NCBI GenBank assembly: GCA_000002435.2
Contig: CM018792.1
Origin: Giardia intestinalis
Lineage: Eukaryota
Reading direction: 5' to 3' (one strand)
DNA: 64,000 nucleotides
The notes under the pieces were generated by a model. It saw only the letters and a list, made by a program, of their open reading frames with translations. It made no database searches and was not told the origin of the DNA. The translations under genes were made by a program, and so were the position numbers. Positions 49,146 through 57,713 of the stretch are shown here, one piece after another; position 1 is the stretch's first letter, and every line of letters begins with the position of its first letter.

Positions 49146-50138
49146 CTACACGCTCAACGAGATGTCTACTTGGCTTTGCTGAGTCCCCTCTGGCGCAGCT
49201 TCCACAGAAATAGGTGTTATGCGGCAACAGGTAGAGCTGGAAGGAGAAAGAAAGTACCCCGTCAGTGATCCGATAATACCTAAGACAGGGATTGCAATCC
49301 AAGGGATATATTTGTACTTGAATATGATCAAGGACGCAAACATTCCATAAACATTACAACTTATGAGACTGATATTGAAAACAACTGCACCGCCGTACTT
49401 AATCACTAACGGGAGAACACTGTACATCACCACGAGGCTGACGAGATATCCTATGATATACCACCACGGCCGAAGGGTCGCCAAAATCTGGATGTTGTCT
49501 GCCTCGAAACAGAGAAACAGAATAAGCGCGAGAGAAAAGGCGCCGATGCTGAGCCTGGCAAGGAATTGGACAGGTGTATATGAGCCTATGACGAACTCAT
49601 TTATCACGGATGTGAGCCCGTAGATAAAGGCTGAGGCTACAGCAAGCAAATCTCCAAGCACCCTGTGTTTTGACTCGTCGCCCATAGTGTCAAGAATGAC
49701 AAACAATATCGCGAACCCCGTAGCGAAGCAGGAAAACATCACTTGCATCCACGAGAAGCGCGCTTTCGTAATGATCAACGAGAGGATCATGGAGAAGGGC
49801 GTAGAGAGACAAAGAATGAGTAGAACGGCGCCGACAGATGTGTAAACAAATGACATTATGGCAAGGCTGTTTGCTGTGATATCTAGGATCCCAGATAGAA
49901 GAAAAAAGCCTACATCGCGGGCACGGTGGACGAATAGCTTGTGAACGGAAGGCAGTACCCATAAAAATAGAAGCAGCCCGTAGAAGAGCATAGACTGCAA
50001 GAAGGGTACAGAGACGTTAATCCCTGACAAAAGGTCGTTAAACACGCCACTTGCAGAGTTCCCAATTGCACAAATCTGACCAAGCACCACCGCTAGGACG
50101 AATTTGCGCGAGCACCTGCAAGGCGTGTCGCAGTGCAT
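49146..50138 (-). CDS. Multi-pass membrane transporter, SLC35F-like (drug/metabolite transporter superfamily)
   Basis: The protein is 330 aa with about 9 hydrophobic helices. TM1 reads VLGQICAIGNSASGVF. The sequence LAVASAFIYGLTSVINEFVIG is typical of the SLC35F/EamA fold. The ATG at 50138 is real, is preceded by tttgataataa, and lies inside the 3' end of the SPO11 CDS. Confidence 0.5.
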   Translation of the reverse strand: MHCDTPCRCSRKFVLAVVLGQICAIGNSASGVFNDLLSGINVSVPFLQSMLFYGLLLFLWVLPSVHKLFVHRARDVGFFLLSGILDITANSLAIMSFVYTSVGAVLLILCLSTPFSMILSLIITKARFSWMQVMFSCFATGFAILFVILDTMGDESKHRVLGDLLAVASAFIYGLTSVINEFVIGSYTPVQFLARLSIGAFSLALILFLCFEADNIQILATLRPWWYIIGYLVSLVVMYSVLPLVIKYGGAVVFNISLISCNVYGMFASLIIFKYKYIPWIAIPVLGIIGSLTGYFLSPSSSTCCRITPISVEAAPEGTQQSQVDISLSV

Positions 50139-51199
50139 TTATTATCAAAGTTGCATATTCGTTTGCGAACCCCGACAACAGTTTCAACTACGTAGGAGAC
50201 TAGCCCACCCTCTTGTCCAAGAATGGTCTCCAGCTCATACTGCATGCCGAGAGCCGCCAGATTCTGGACTTCATTGGCCCACTCGAGACGGCCCAGCGCA
50301 GTCAGTCTGGTAATCAGTATATCATACAGCTTCAAATCTGCTGGATCGCAGTGGCGGGAGCCCTTAATTGCTTTTGACGACCGTTGGATGTGACTGTTAA
50401 AGACGCCAATTGGCACCAATGACGGTGCAATATAGTGATTAGGGACCACGCTTTTCCTAGTTGCCGAGGCAGAGCCGTAGGCATACGTGCACAGAATGTT
50501 CATTCCGTGAGCGTCTCCATCGGCAAGACCGAATATGGGGATTCTGCAACTGTCTAGAAAAGAAACCAGGGCGCGTGTCGCCGCATCGGGGTATCCTTTG
50601 CCAGTGATCACCATAAAACTTTGACCCAGCCTATCTTTGATAGCTTCGTAGCTGTCAATAAGGTGCTCAAATACCGTATCCTTTTCTATTACGAGTACAA
50701 ACTGCGCGTCTGTGTGTATTTGCTGTAAGTAGAAGAAGTGCGGGCTGATGGGCACGGCCACCAAGCTGGAAGCTGTGACTGTTCCTACCTGAGTGACCAT
50801 AGTACAGTTCCCAAGCAAAAGCCCCTTGGCAGCTGCCCGATAATGCATCATTTCGCGCTCTATACTATATCCGAAGCAAAATTCTGCGATTAATACATTG
50901 GATTGTATCTGCGACCCATATAGCGAAGGAGCAGTGTAATACAAACTGCGAATGTTGACAAAGGTCTTCTTAACAACAGCGCATGCAGACTCTGCTATCA
51001 TACGGAGGGCGCGTGCGAAGCGTAGAGGGTGTCTCTTAAAACTGATACCCTTCTTATCTTGCAAGTCTTGCTCGCTCATTGGTAAGATCAGCCCCGCAGC
51101 ACTAGACTCTACTTGCTCATAGAGCTGTAATAGAATCCTCCTGTATAACTCTAAAATAGCTCGGTCATCCTGGTGCCCCAGCTTATCAATATCGCACAT
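50093..51199 (-). CDS. SPO11: SPO11 / topoisomerase VI subunit A-like protein, the meiotic double-strand-break transesterase
   Basis: The catalytic Tyr motif is NIRSLYYTAPSLYGSQ. The Toprim domain has QFVLVIEKDTVFEHL...FMVITGKGYPDAATRALVSFL...IPIFGLADGDAHGMNI, which includes the catalytic Glu and the DxD. The track start at 51208 is a GTG. The first ATG is MCDIDKL at 51199-51197. Confidence 0.85.
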   Translation of the reverse strand: MCDIDKLGHQDDRAILELYRRILLQLYEQVESSAAGLILPMSEQDLQDKKGISFKRHPLRFARALRMIAESACAVVKKTFVNIRSLYYTAPSLYGSQIQSNVLIAEFCFGYSIEREMMHYRAAAKGLLLGNCTMVTQVGTVTASSLVAVPISPHFFYLQQIHTDAQFVLVIEKDTVFEHLIDSYEAIKDRLGQSFMVITGKGYPDAATRALVSFLDSCRIPIFGLADGDAHGMNILCTYAYGSASATRKSVVPNHYIAPSLVPIGVFNSHIQRSSKAIKGSRHCDPADLKLYDILITRLTALGRLEWANEVQNLAALGMQYELETILGQEGGLVSYVVETVVGVRKRICNFDNKCTATRLAGARANSS

Positions 51200-52529
51200 G
51201 TCAGACACCAGATTGTTGATTAATCAATACAAATTTGCTGTAGAAAACCTGAAAGTATCCTGTAGAGTCTCTTGTAACAGACAAGTCAGTGAACAGCAGC
51301 TACTAGCACGATGGGTGCAAAGCCTCAATCCAGCATGCATCCTCACAGACGACAACATATGCACTACACTAAGGAACGGGGAAGCGTTACTAACCATCCT
51401 TGCTCTAGTAGACAGCGCTCATATTTTAATTCACGGGCAGGCAAAGAAATCTAGGTCTAGAATTGATGCTCTTCGCAATCTTGATGTCGTTCTTCAATAC
51501 ATATACAATGGAAAAGCCCCTCTCTTCGTACATTCAGAGTCCCTCTACACCACGGTGGATCCTAAAAATTGGTGGCACATTCTCTCTGACGCTTTCCACA
51601 GACGGGCATATTTACCTCTTAAGCGACGGGAAAGCAATCTAGTGTCGTTGTTCCACCCTGCAGACAAGATATCCTTCCCTCTCAACAATGGCTCACCTTC
51701 GCCTGTGGATCCTCAGGTTTATACCTTCTTACTGTATAATTATTTTTTAGTTCCCTGCGACTTCCTTTCCCTGATAACCCTGCGTCCCAAAAATATTAGT
51801 CAAATTAAATTAAACTGGTCAATCATCACGCTCGTATTGAATCTACATGGGATTAAGTTAATCTTCACACCCGACGAGCTAACACAATTGCAAATGACAA
51901 ACGACCGTAGTAGCAATAGTAAGATTTGTGCGTACATGTCAGAATATATGCTTCTCTCTCTGCTCGATACCCTGCAGGCACGTGCGAAGACAGCGCCACC
52001 TGGTGAGGGAGAGCTACTTGGGCCGCTGATTCGAAAACTACGGCATGAACATCCTGATAGAAAGTTCTACTATTGCTTTTCCGATTACTTTGTAATTATC
52101 CACTTTAATACAAGCGCACGCTCTTCACTAGAATATGTGCCCAAATCTCATAAGCACGTTGTTCTAAATATGCTTTCTCTGAACCGATGCACTAAGTGTG
52201 TAACTATCCCTTGCACTGCAGACCATAGGTTCTTCCTGTTCTTTGCAAAAATGGTTCGTAATCCATCTGGGAGCGACTTTGGTACTGACACAGCCAAGTG
52301 GACAGATTGCTCCTTGATACTATCCCCCGTGTGCCTGTTGGTGGTGACCTTATTAGACGATATATTTATTCCTTTGGCGTGGATTACACAGATTCGGACA
52401 AAATCTTTCCACCAACACCTCTTACTACTGTTCAAAGAAGCGATATCTGGCCTTTCTTCTTTGCTGCTTTGTTTGGAAAGCGGCGATTTCTCGGCCTTGG
52501 TGCACCAACTAACTGCTATAATTACTTAA
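51198..52529 (+). CDS. Hypothetical protein (443 aa)
   Basis: The ORF track shows a long ORF. The only ATG usable as a start is at 51198. It shares 2 nt with the SPO11 ATG on the other strand. I found no recognisable domain. Confidence 0.5.
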   Translation: MSDTRLLINQYKFAVENLKVSCRVSCNRQVSEQQLLARWVQSLNPACILTDDNICTTLRNGEALLTILALVDSAHILIHGQAKKSRSRIDALRNLDVVLQYIYNGKAPLFVHSESLYTTVDPKNWWHILSDAFHRRAYLPLKRRESNLVSLFHPADKISFPLNNGSPSPVDPQVYTFLLYNYFLVPCDFLSLITLRPKNISQIKLNWSIITLVLNLHGIKLIFTPDELTQLQMTNDRSSNSKICAYMSEYMLLSLLDTLQARAKTAPPGEGELLGPLIRKLRHEHPDRKFYYCFSDYFVIIHFNTSARSSLEYVPKSHKHVVLNMLSLNRCTKCVTIPCTADHRFFLFFAKMVRNPSGSDFGTDTAKWTDCSLILSPVCLLVVTLLDDIFIPLAWITQIRTKSFHQHLLLLFKEAISGLSSLLLCLESGDFSALVHQLTAIIT

Positions 52530-52549
52530 CAAGAAACAAAAATTGAACT

Positions 52550-52945
52550 ATGAGTGCCACAGACGAGGAGCAGGAGCTTGAGCTGCTTAGGGAGATGCTA
52601 CGAACCAAGAAGGCGTACGGATCCATATACCCTGCTCGTCTCAAGGAGCTCAGCGCCCGTGAACTCTACGACCTAGCGAAGGTCGATGAGAGCCTCTTTG
52701 AAATAAAGCAACCTCCACCCCTTGAGATTCACACTGCAACTCACGATACAGCGGTCATAGCAGATCTTCTGCAATCCATGTCATCTTACCCTCGCATTCG
52801 GGACATAGCATTTCCTACTTCCAGCGCGAGTATAATGAGCTTTCTATTGTCTGATAATCAGCGTCCAAGTGCAACTACTGAGACTCCCAATGAAAACCAG
52901 CGGACCAACACGGCTGGCTGCATGCAAGAGAGCGCTGGGATTTAA
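52550..52945 (+). CDS. Small acidic hypothetical protein (131 aa). It could instead be a 5' leader or a frameshifted N-terminal extension of TRM10.
   Basis: The ATG at 52550 follows the A-rich stretch acaagaaacaaaaattgaact. The stop codon is at 52943-52945, which is 1 nt before the TRM10 ATG. Confidence 0.35.
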   Translation: MSATDEEQELELLREMLRTKKAYGSIYPARLKELSARELYDLAKVDESLFEIKQPPPLEIHTATHDTAVIADLLQSMSSYPRIRDIAFPTSSASIMSFLLSDNQRPSATTETPNENQRTNTAGCMQESAGI

Positions 52946-52946
52946 A

Positions 52947-53651
52947 ATGTTTTCTGCAACTGTGTCTTGCGAACTCTCTCCCGGAACCAGCGGGCCTAAA
53001 AAGCAAGGCAGGGCCTGGAAGCACATTAGGCAACAATTGCGGACTCGCTTAGACTCCGCCCCGGCTATTCTTATTGACTGCTCTTATGATGACTTGATGA
53101 AGCAGGGAGAGATCAAGTCTCGAAATTCGCAGCTTATTTTTTGCTACGCCACCTCAGTCAAAAAGGACGTGGAGCGCCCTCTGCGTCTTTCGGTGGTTGG
53201 AGCGACAGCTTCTTTGTCCGACTTCCTTCAAAAAGTCCAACTGGAGGGGTCCTGGTCTGCGGACATCACCACCAGATCCTTGGAAGACCTTATTGAGACA
53301 GGAGAATTAAGTGCCCATAGGTTGGTTTACTTGACTGCAGATGCTGAAGAAGAGATTGATACGTATTACTCAGGAGACACTTACATAATCGGTGGTTTGG
53401 TGGATCGAAACCGACACAATGGGATAGCTTTTCGTAAGGCACAGAATATTGGGATACGCACAGCAAAGCTTCCGCTGCACAAATATTGCAACTTGATAGG
53501 GAGTGCCGTTTTATCCGTCAATCACATCTTTGCCTTTATGACATATCTGCATTGCGGCTTACCTTTCGAAACAGTGGCAAAAATGGTCATTCCTCAGCGA
53601 AAGCTGAAGGTAGTAGAGAGCACAACTGATGATTCAAGAAGCAACTCATAG
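52947..53651 (+). CDS. TRM10: tRNA (guanine9-N1)-methyltransferase Trm10 (SPOUT class)
   Basis: AILIDCSYDDLMKQGEI matches yeast IEIILDCSFDELMNDKEI. VYLTADAEEEIDTYYSGDTYIIGGLVDRNRHNGIAFRKAQNIGIRTAKLPLHKY matches yeast [54 protein letters not shown]. An alternative ATG at 52890 would overlap the upstream small ORF by 56 nt. Confidence 0.8.
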   Translation: MFSATVSCELSPGTSGPKKQGRAWKHIRQQLRTRLDSAPAILIDCSYDDLMKQGEIKSRNSQLIFCYATSVKKDVERPLRLSVVGATASLSDFLQKVQLEGSWSADITTRSLEDLIETGELSAHRLVYLTADAEEEIDTYYSGDTYIIGGLVDRNRHNGIAFRKAQNIGIRTAKLPLHKYCNLIGSAVLSVNHIFAFMTYLHCGLPFETVAKMVIPQRKLKVVESTTDDSRSNS

Positions 53652-53656
53652 GGTTA

Positions 53657-55123
53657 CTAAGTGAGCTTTTCTCTCTGATTTGTATGCTGTTGATCGATTA
53701 TCGTTTCATATACTGGTAACCCAATGTCATTTTCGATACTACCCCTGGATTCGTGGTATCGAGATTGACCACTATTATTGAATGGAAATTCTGTAGGAGC
53801 TGTTTCCAGTGCTTCATTGTATCGGTCCTTGTTTAGTGCATTGAGACGAAGACTTGCTGTCCGGTGTTTTTCAAAAGTAGCAAACAGACCTGGGGTGCTT
53901 GTAGTGCTGGTGTGCACGGGGCGTATACCATGCTTGGCTTGCAGATGCTCCAGAGAGAGCGCATAGTTATACAGTCGTGTGAAGGCAATCTTAATTTCAG
54001 GATGACAAACAGCATCGCTTACGTTTATACTGTCACTAATTCCGGACAAGTGTTCACCCACGTATCCTATCACCTTCCCGTCGTTCAGGTAATCTGGAAG
54101 GGCCATTTTCCCCATCTCTTTTTCTGTGAGGCGGGCATTGATCTGTGTCTTAGCGTCCAGTAAAGCGGCCTTAACCTGTCTTAGTTCCTCCTTAAGGCTC
54201 CGCTCCTTCTCTTCTTCAACTGATAGTAGAGCCTGAGCATGGGTTTTTTCCTCCACTTCTGCCTCCAGGAATTCCATCTCTGCGATGAGGGGATCAAGAT
54301 GTCTCTTCATGGTGCGAAGGTTGTCCTCGCGCTCTGCGATGACAGAAAGAAGCTCGACAATCTGCTCTGTCGCTCTATCTGCTTGCCTATTATTGTAATT
54401 TATACCCCTATACAGGTATTGCCGCATGTTATCAGATGGCCCATTTTGGATTAGGGTATTTGTTTTAGAGTATAAGCGGAATTGGGACTTTCCGGCCATC
54501 CTGTTTATTGCAATGTCTGAGCACAGATCACCCACATATCCATCTATCTTATTCATATATGAAGCGATATCTCTGTCAACTACATTGGGGAGAATCTGAC
54601 GTAAGTTACAAAGCAAATCTGCGATCTCCATAGCTCGCGACTCGACTGTGATCTGAGCCTCTGTAAGCTCCTTTTTGGCCACGTCTTCTCGGGCTCTGAG
54701 AGTGACGATAGTCTGTTTCAGCTCATTCAAGTTAGATGTGACTTCTTCGTATTTCTTCGTGACTATCTCCAGGTCGTACTTGTGTTTGAATGAGATTTTG
54801 GGAAGATCTGACTGCACATACAGGTGAGGATGTAGAGATTTGTAGCTTGCGGTAAAGCTCATAGGAGTAAATGGCGCCAAGGGTTGATCTGTGTTTTGTC
54901 CAGCCGGACGTGGAGCCGTCCGGCCGGTGCCCGTATTACGCGAAAGTGACCGAGGCTGGCTACTTGTGCTGGAGAGTTTCTGCCTGCTTCGGCTTTGAAC
55001 AGATGACGACGCGCGGGTAAGCGAAGGTCGTCTTGTCGTCGATGTTAGCAGAGATTTCGGTGTTACTTGCTCCTTGCTGGTGTCGTACTGCTGTAATATC
55101 TCGTTGACAAAGGCTTGAGACAT
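53657..55123 (-). CDS. Hypothetical coiled-coil protein (488 aa)
   Basis: The ATG is real (rc of CAT at 55121-55123). The N-terminus is S/T/R-rich and is followed by long heptad regions (LEAEVEEKTHAQALLSVEEEKERSLKEELRQVKAALLDAKTQ...). Confidence 0.55.
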   Translation of the reverse strand: MSQAFVNEILQQYDTSKEQVTPKSLLTSTTRRPSLTRASSSVQSRSRQKLSSTSSQPRSLSRNTGTGRTAPRPAGQNTDQPLAPFTPMSFTASYKSLHPHLYVQSDLPKISFKHKYDLEIVTKKYEEVTSNLNELKQTIVTLRAREDVAKKELTEAQITVESRAMEIADLLCNLRQILPNVVDRDIASYMNKIDGYVGDLCSDIAINRMAGKSQFRLYSKTNTLIQNGPSDNMRQYLYRGINYNNRQADRATEQIVELLSVIAEREDNLRTMKRHLDPLIAEMEFLEAEVEEKTHAQALLSVEEEKERSLKEELRQVKAALLDAKTQINARLTEKEMGKMALPDYLNDGKVIGYVGEHLSGISDSINVSDAVCHPEIKIAFTRLYNYALSLEHLQAKHGIRPVHTSTTSTPGLFATFEKHRTASLRLNALNKDRYNEALETAPTEFPFNNSGQSRYHESRGSIENDIGLPVYETIIDQQHTNQREKLT

Positions 55124-55152
55124 CGAATGCTACCTTACTTTAGAATTTAGGA

Positions 55153-57669
55153 ATGGACGTTCCCTTATATAGGCCATCCTTAGACTTTAATTCCCTTTCA
55201 GTGCCACCTAACTATGTTCCTGGGTCTCTACGGGGTGACAGAGGCTTTAGGACATCAGCCGAAACGATTGTTGCCACGCCCATCGCCTTCTGTGAATCTG
55301 AGCTTGAGACTTTCAAAGAACTTAGCCGCCTTCATGCACCATCACGTCTTAAACCGCAACATGCTCAAGAAGAGGAGCAAATGCATCATGTAAAGGAGCC
55401 CAAACGTAAGCGTGAGCACAGGCAACGACCAGTGATGATGCCTGCCGTATATGATCTTAGTCAGACGCAGCGCTTCGAGGCCATTGCAAATAGAGATACC
55501 TATAGATGTTACACAGTAACGTACGGTGACTCTGTCACGTCTATTTACTCGCCTCAAGAGAAGAATTATGCCAAAGAGGTTACTGACTTGGAAATAGAGT
55601 GTCATAGGAACCCTACTGTTGTATCCTTATGGCTGCGTCTTATCAGTGTTCATTATAACGTGGGTAATGCAAAGCTTGCAGCCCGCACAGCAGTGGATAT
55701 GTTCAACAATATGGATTGTCTCTGCAACCACACAAAGCTTTGGGACCTTCTTTTATCTGATGATTCTATTGCGATGAAGGTACTTCTAGAGCAGTGCGAT
55801 CTCTCTTCTATTGACTCCGTATTCCAGCTCATATTAACGGGCTTGAATGCTTGCATACCTGCGGACTACAAGGCGCATCCAAAGGGACACCTCTGCTCTC
55901 TGGTTTGCTGCAAGCATATGGTACTCTGTGCCAACATCTTCTGCATCCTCTTCTTTTCCTCCTGGAATGAGCCCAGTTGTGTACAGCTACTATGCAGTAG
56001 ATACAATGAGTTGCTTGCTAGTTTACTCCAGTATCAAAGTTACAATACTAGTTACTTCCTAGCTGTAGTTGAGATCTTGTACTTGCGCATTTATGGTTCT
56101 GCATTGTATCACAAGGACAACATCAATCTCCAATCGTATGACGATTTAATTAAATACAATTATGAGGTGTCAGAAAAAATAATTCTAGAAGACTCACAAT
56201 CAAACATTTTCCTTGGGGCATACATGTTGGCTGAAGGCATCATATTGCAAAATTCAAAGCATATAGCATTAGTAGCACAGCATGCCATTAATGGTGCATT
56301 CAGAGATCCTACAGAAGCAGCAGCAACGACAACAATAACAACACTCCATAGCAAGCAACTAGAAAGGCTCATCTGTGGAATAGGCTCCTTTTCTTTATCA
56401 GCTGTTTCCACAGGCTCCGCTGGCGACAGCTTTGTTGATAAGTCACTGCTTCTTCTACAGAAATTAATGTGTAAAGAAGGAGGCATCCATAGCCTGGTTA
56501 AAGATTTGGTGAGTAGCGGAGTAGGCGCATCCACCCTGACATCTATTAATAGGGTATTGAAAGACATATCATCAAGGCCTGCAGACGAAAGACTGCTACT
56601 TTTGCATATGGGAAGGCGGATTTGTCTTTCCATATTAGAAAACTTAGAACAAGAAGATGGAAAGGGTATGAATAGCAATGAACTGAAAGAGCTACTGGTG
56701 TGCATAGAGTACATTCACAAAGAGAATATGACGGTAAAGATGGGTGAATATCTGGTGGCAAACGGCGTTAAAGTATACCATCAAGTTGTCGCCCGAGCGA
56801 AGCTCAAGCCCCTTGATAAATTAGAGATCGGTCTGCTGCTTTTATCAATGTGTAAAAGTGCTGAGCTAGCAGAGGATCTGTTTAGAATCTACGAAAAAGC
56901 CGTTAAGCGTGAAGAAAGCAAACAAAATAGGCGTGAGTCGCACCAAGCACGTCTCAACGTATTCCCTAGAATAGAAAATATGATATTATATGCAGAGAAA
57001 GAACACAGTAAAGAGGCTATTGTGGAGTGCGCTGGTGGGCCTGGCCTTTTATATCAAGGTGCGATTAAAGAAGCTATCTTGGTCACAGCTCGCCACGTGT
57101 TCCCTTACACTGAAAAGTTTATAGACAAACTTCTAGCTTTAGCAAAATCGTCCCAGTGGCTACAAACCAGAGTCGACTTATTGCTTCAAGGGGCAAAATA
57201 TCTGGTGATTGGGGCTGAAAACAAATCTACAGTAGAAATAGCGATATGTCTTCAGAAGTATGCCAAATCTGCATCGGACGCATGGGCAGGAAACGTACAG
57301 CTTAATTACATTACTGAAACATTGGAAGTGCTGATGCTTCCGCACCCCGATGGGATAAAAAGATTAAAACAGTGTACAGGAGACTATGTTCAGACTCCAT
57401 GGGCAGCTTCACTGATGTCGCTGTTCATCTATGAACAGGATAGGGAGAAGGCGGAGTTGTACTGGACGAGGTGGACAGAGGCCCTTCGACGGGGGCAGCA
57501 TAGTTTGGGCTCTACCAACTCACCAGCCAAAAATGCATTTGATGGCATTTTATCAGAGTGCAGCTCTGTCACATTCAGACAGGAGGATCATATAAGTAGA
57601 GGTGATATCATTCTTTGCCTTTTAAAAGCAATCTCAGTGGTGTTATTTTATTCCTGTCAAGTGGATTGA
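55153..57669 (+). CDS. Hypothetical protein (838 aa), probably an alpha-helical repeat protein
   Basis: The ATG is real. I recognised no catalytic motif. The N-terminus has a basic patch (KEPKRKREHRQRP). Confidence 0.5.
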   Translation: MDVPLYRPSLDFNSLSVPPNYVPGSLRGDRGFRTSAETIVATPIAFCESELETFKELSRLHAPSRLKPQHAQEEEQMHHVKEPKRKREHRQRPVMMPAVYDLSQTQRFEAIANRDTYRCYTVTYGDSVTSIYSPQEKNYAKEVTDLEIECHRNPTVVSLWLRLISVHYNVGNAKLAARTAVDMFNNMDCLCNHTKLWDLLLSDDSIAMKVLLEQCDLSSIDSVFQLILTGLNACIPADYKAHPKGHLCSLVCCKHMVLCANIFCILFFSSWNEPSCVQLLCSRYNELLASLLQYQSYNTSYFLAVVEILYLRIYGSALYHKDNINLQSYDDLIKYNYEVSEKIILEDSQSNIFLGAYMLAEGIILQNSKHIALVAQHAINGAFRDPTEAAATTTITTLHSKQLERLICGIGSFSLSAVSTGSAGDSFVDKSLLLLQKLMCKEGGIHSLVKDLVSSGVGASTLTSINRVLKDISSRPADERLLLLHMGRRICLSILENLEQEDGKGMNSNELKELLVCIEYIHKENMTVKMGEYLVANGVKVYHQVVARAKLKPLDKLEIGLLLLSMCKSAELAEDLFRIYEKAVKREESKQNRRESHQARLNVFPRIENMILYAEKEHSKEAIVECAGGPGLLYQGAIKEAILVTARHVFPYTEKFIDKLLALAKSSQWLQTRVDLLLQGAKYLVIGAENKSTVEIAICLQKYAKSASDAWAGNVQLNYITETLEVLMLPHPDGIKRLKQCTGDYVQTPWAASLMSLFIYEQDREKAELYWTRWTEALRRGQHSLGSTNSPAKNAFDGILSECSSVTFRQEDHISRGDIILCLLKAISVVLFYSCQVD

Positions 57670-57713
57670 TATCACTGAGTAAAAGATGCAATGATTCTTG
57701 TATTGTACATGGG

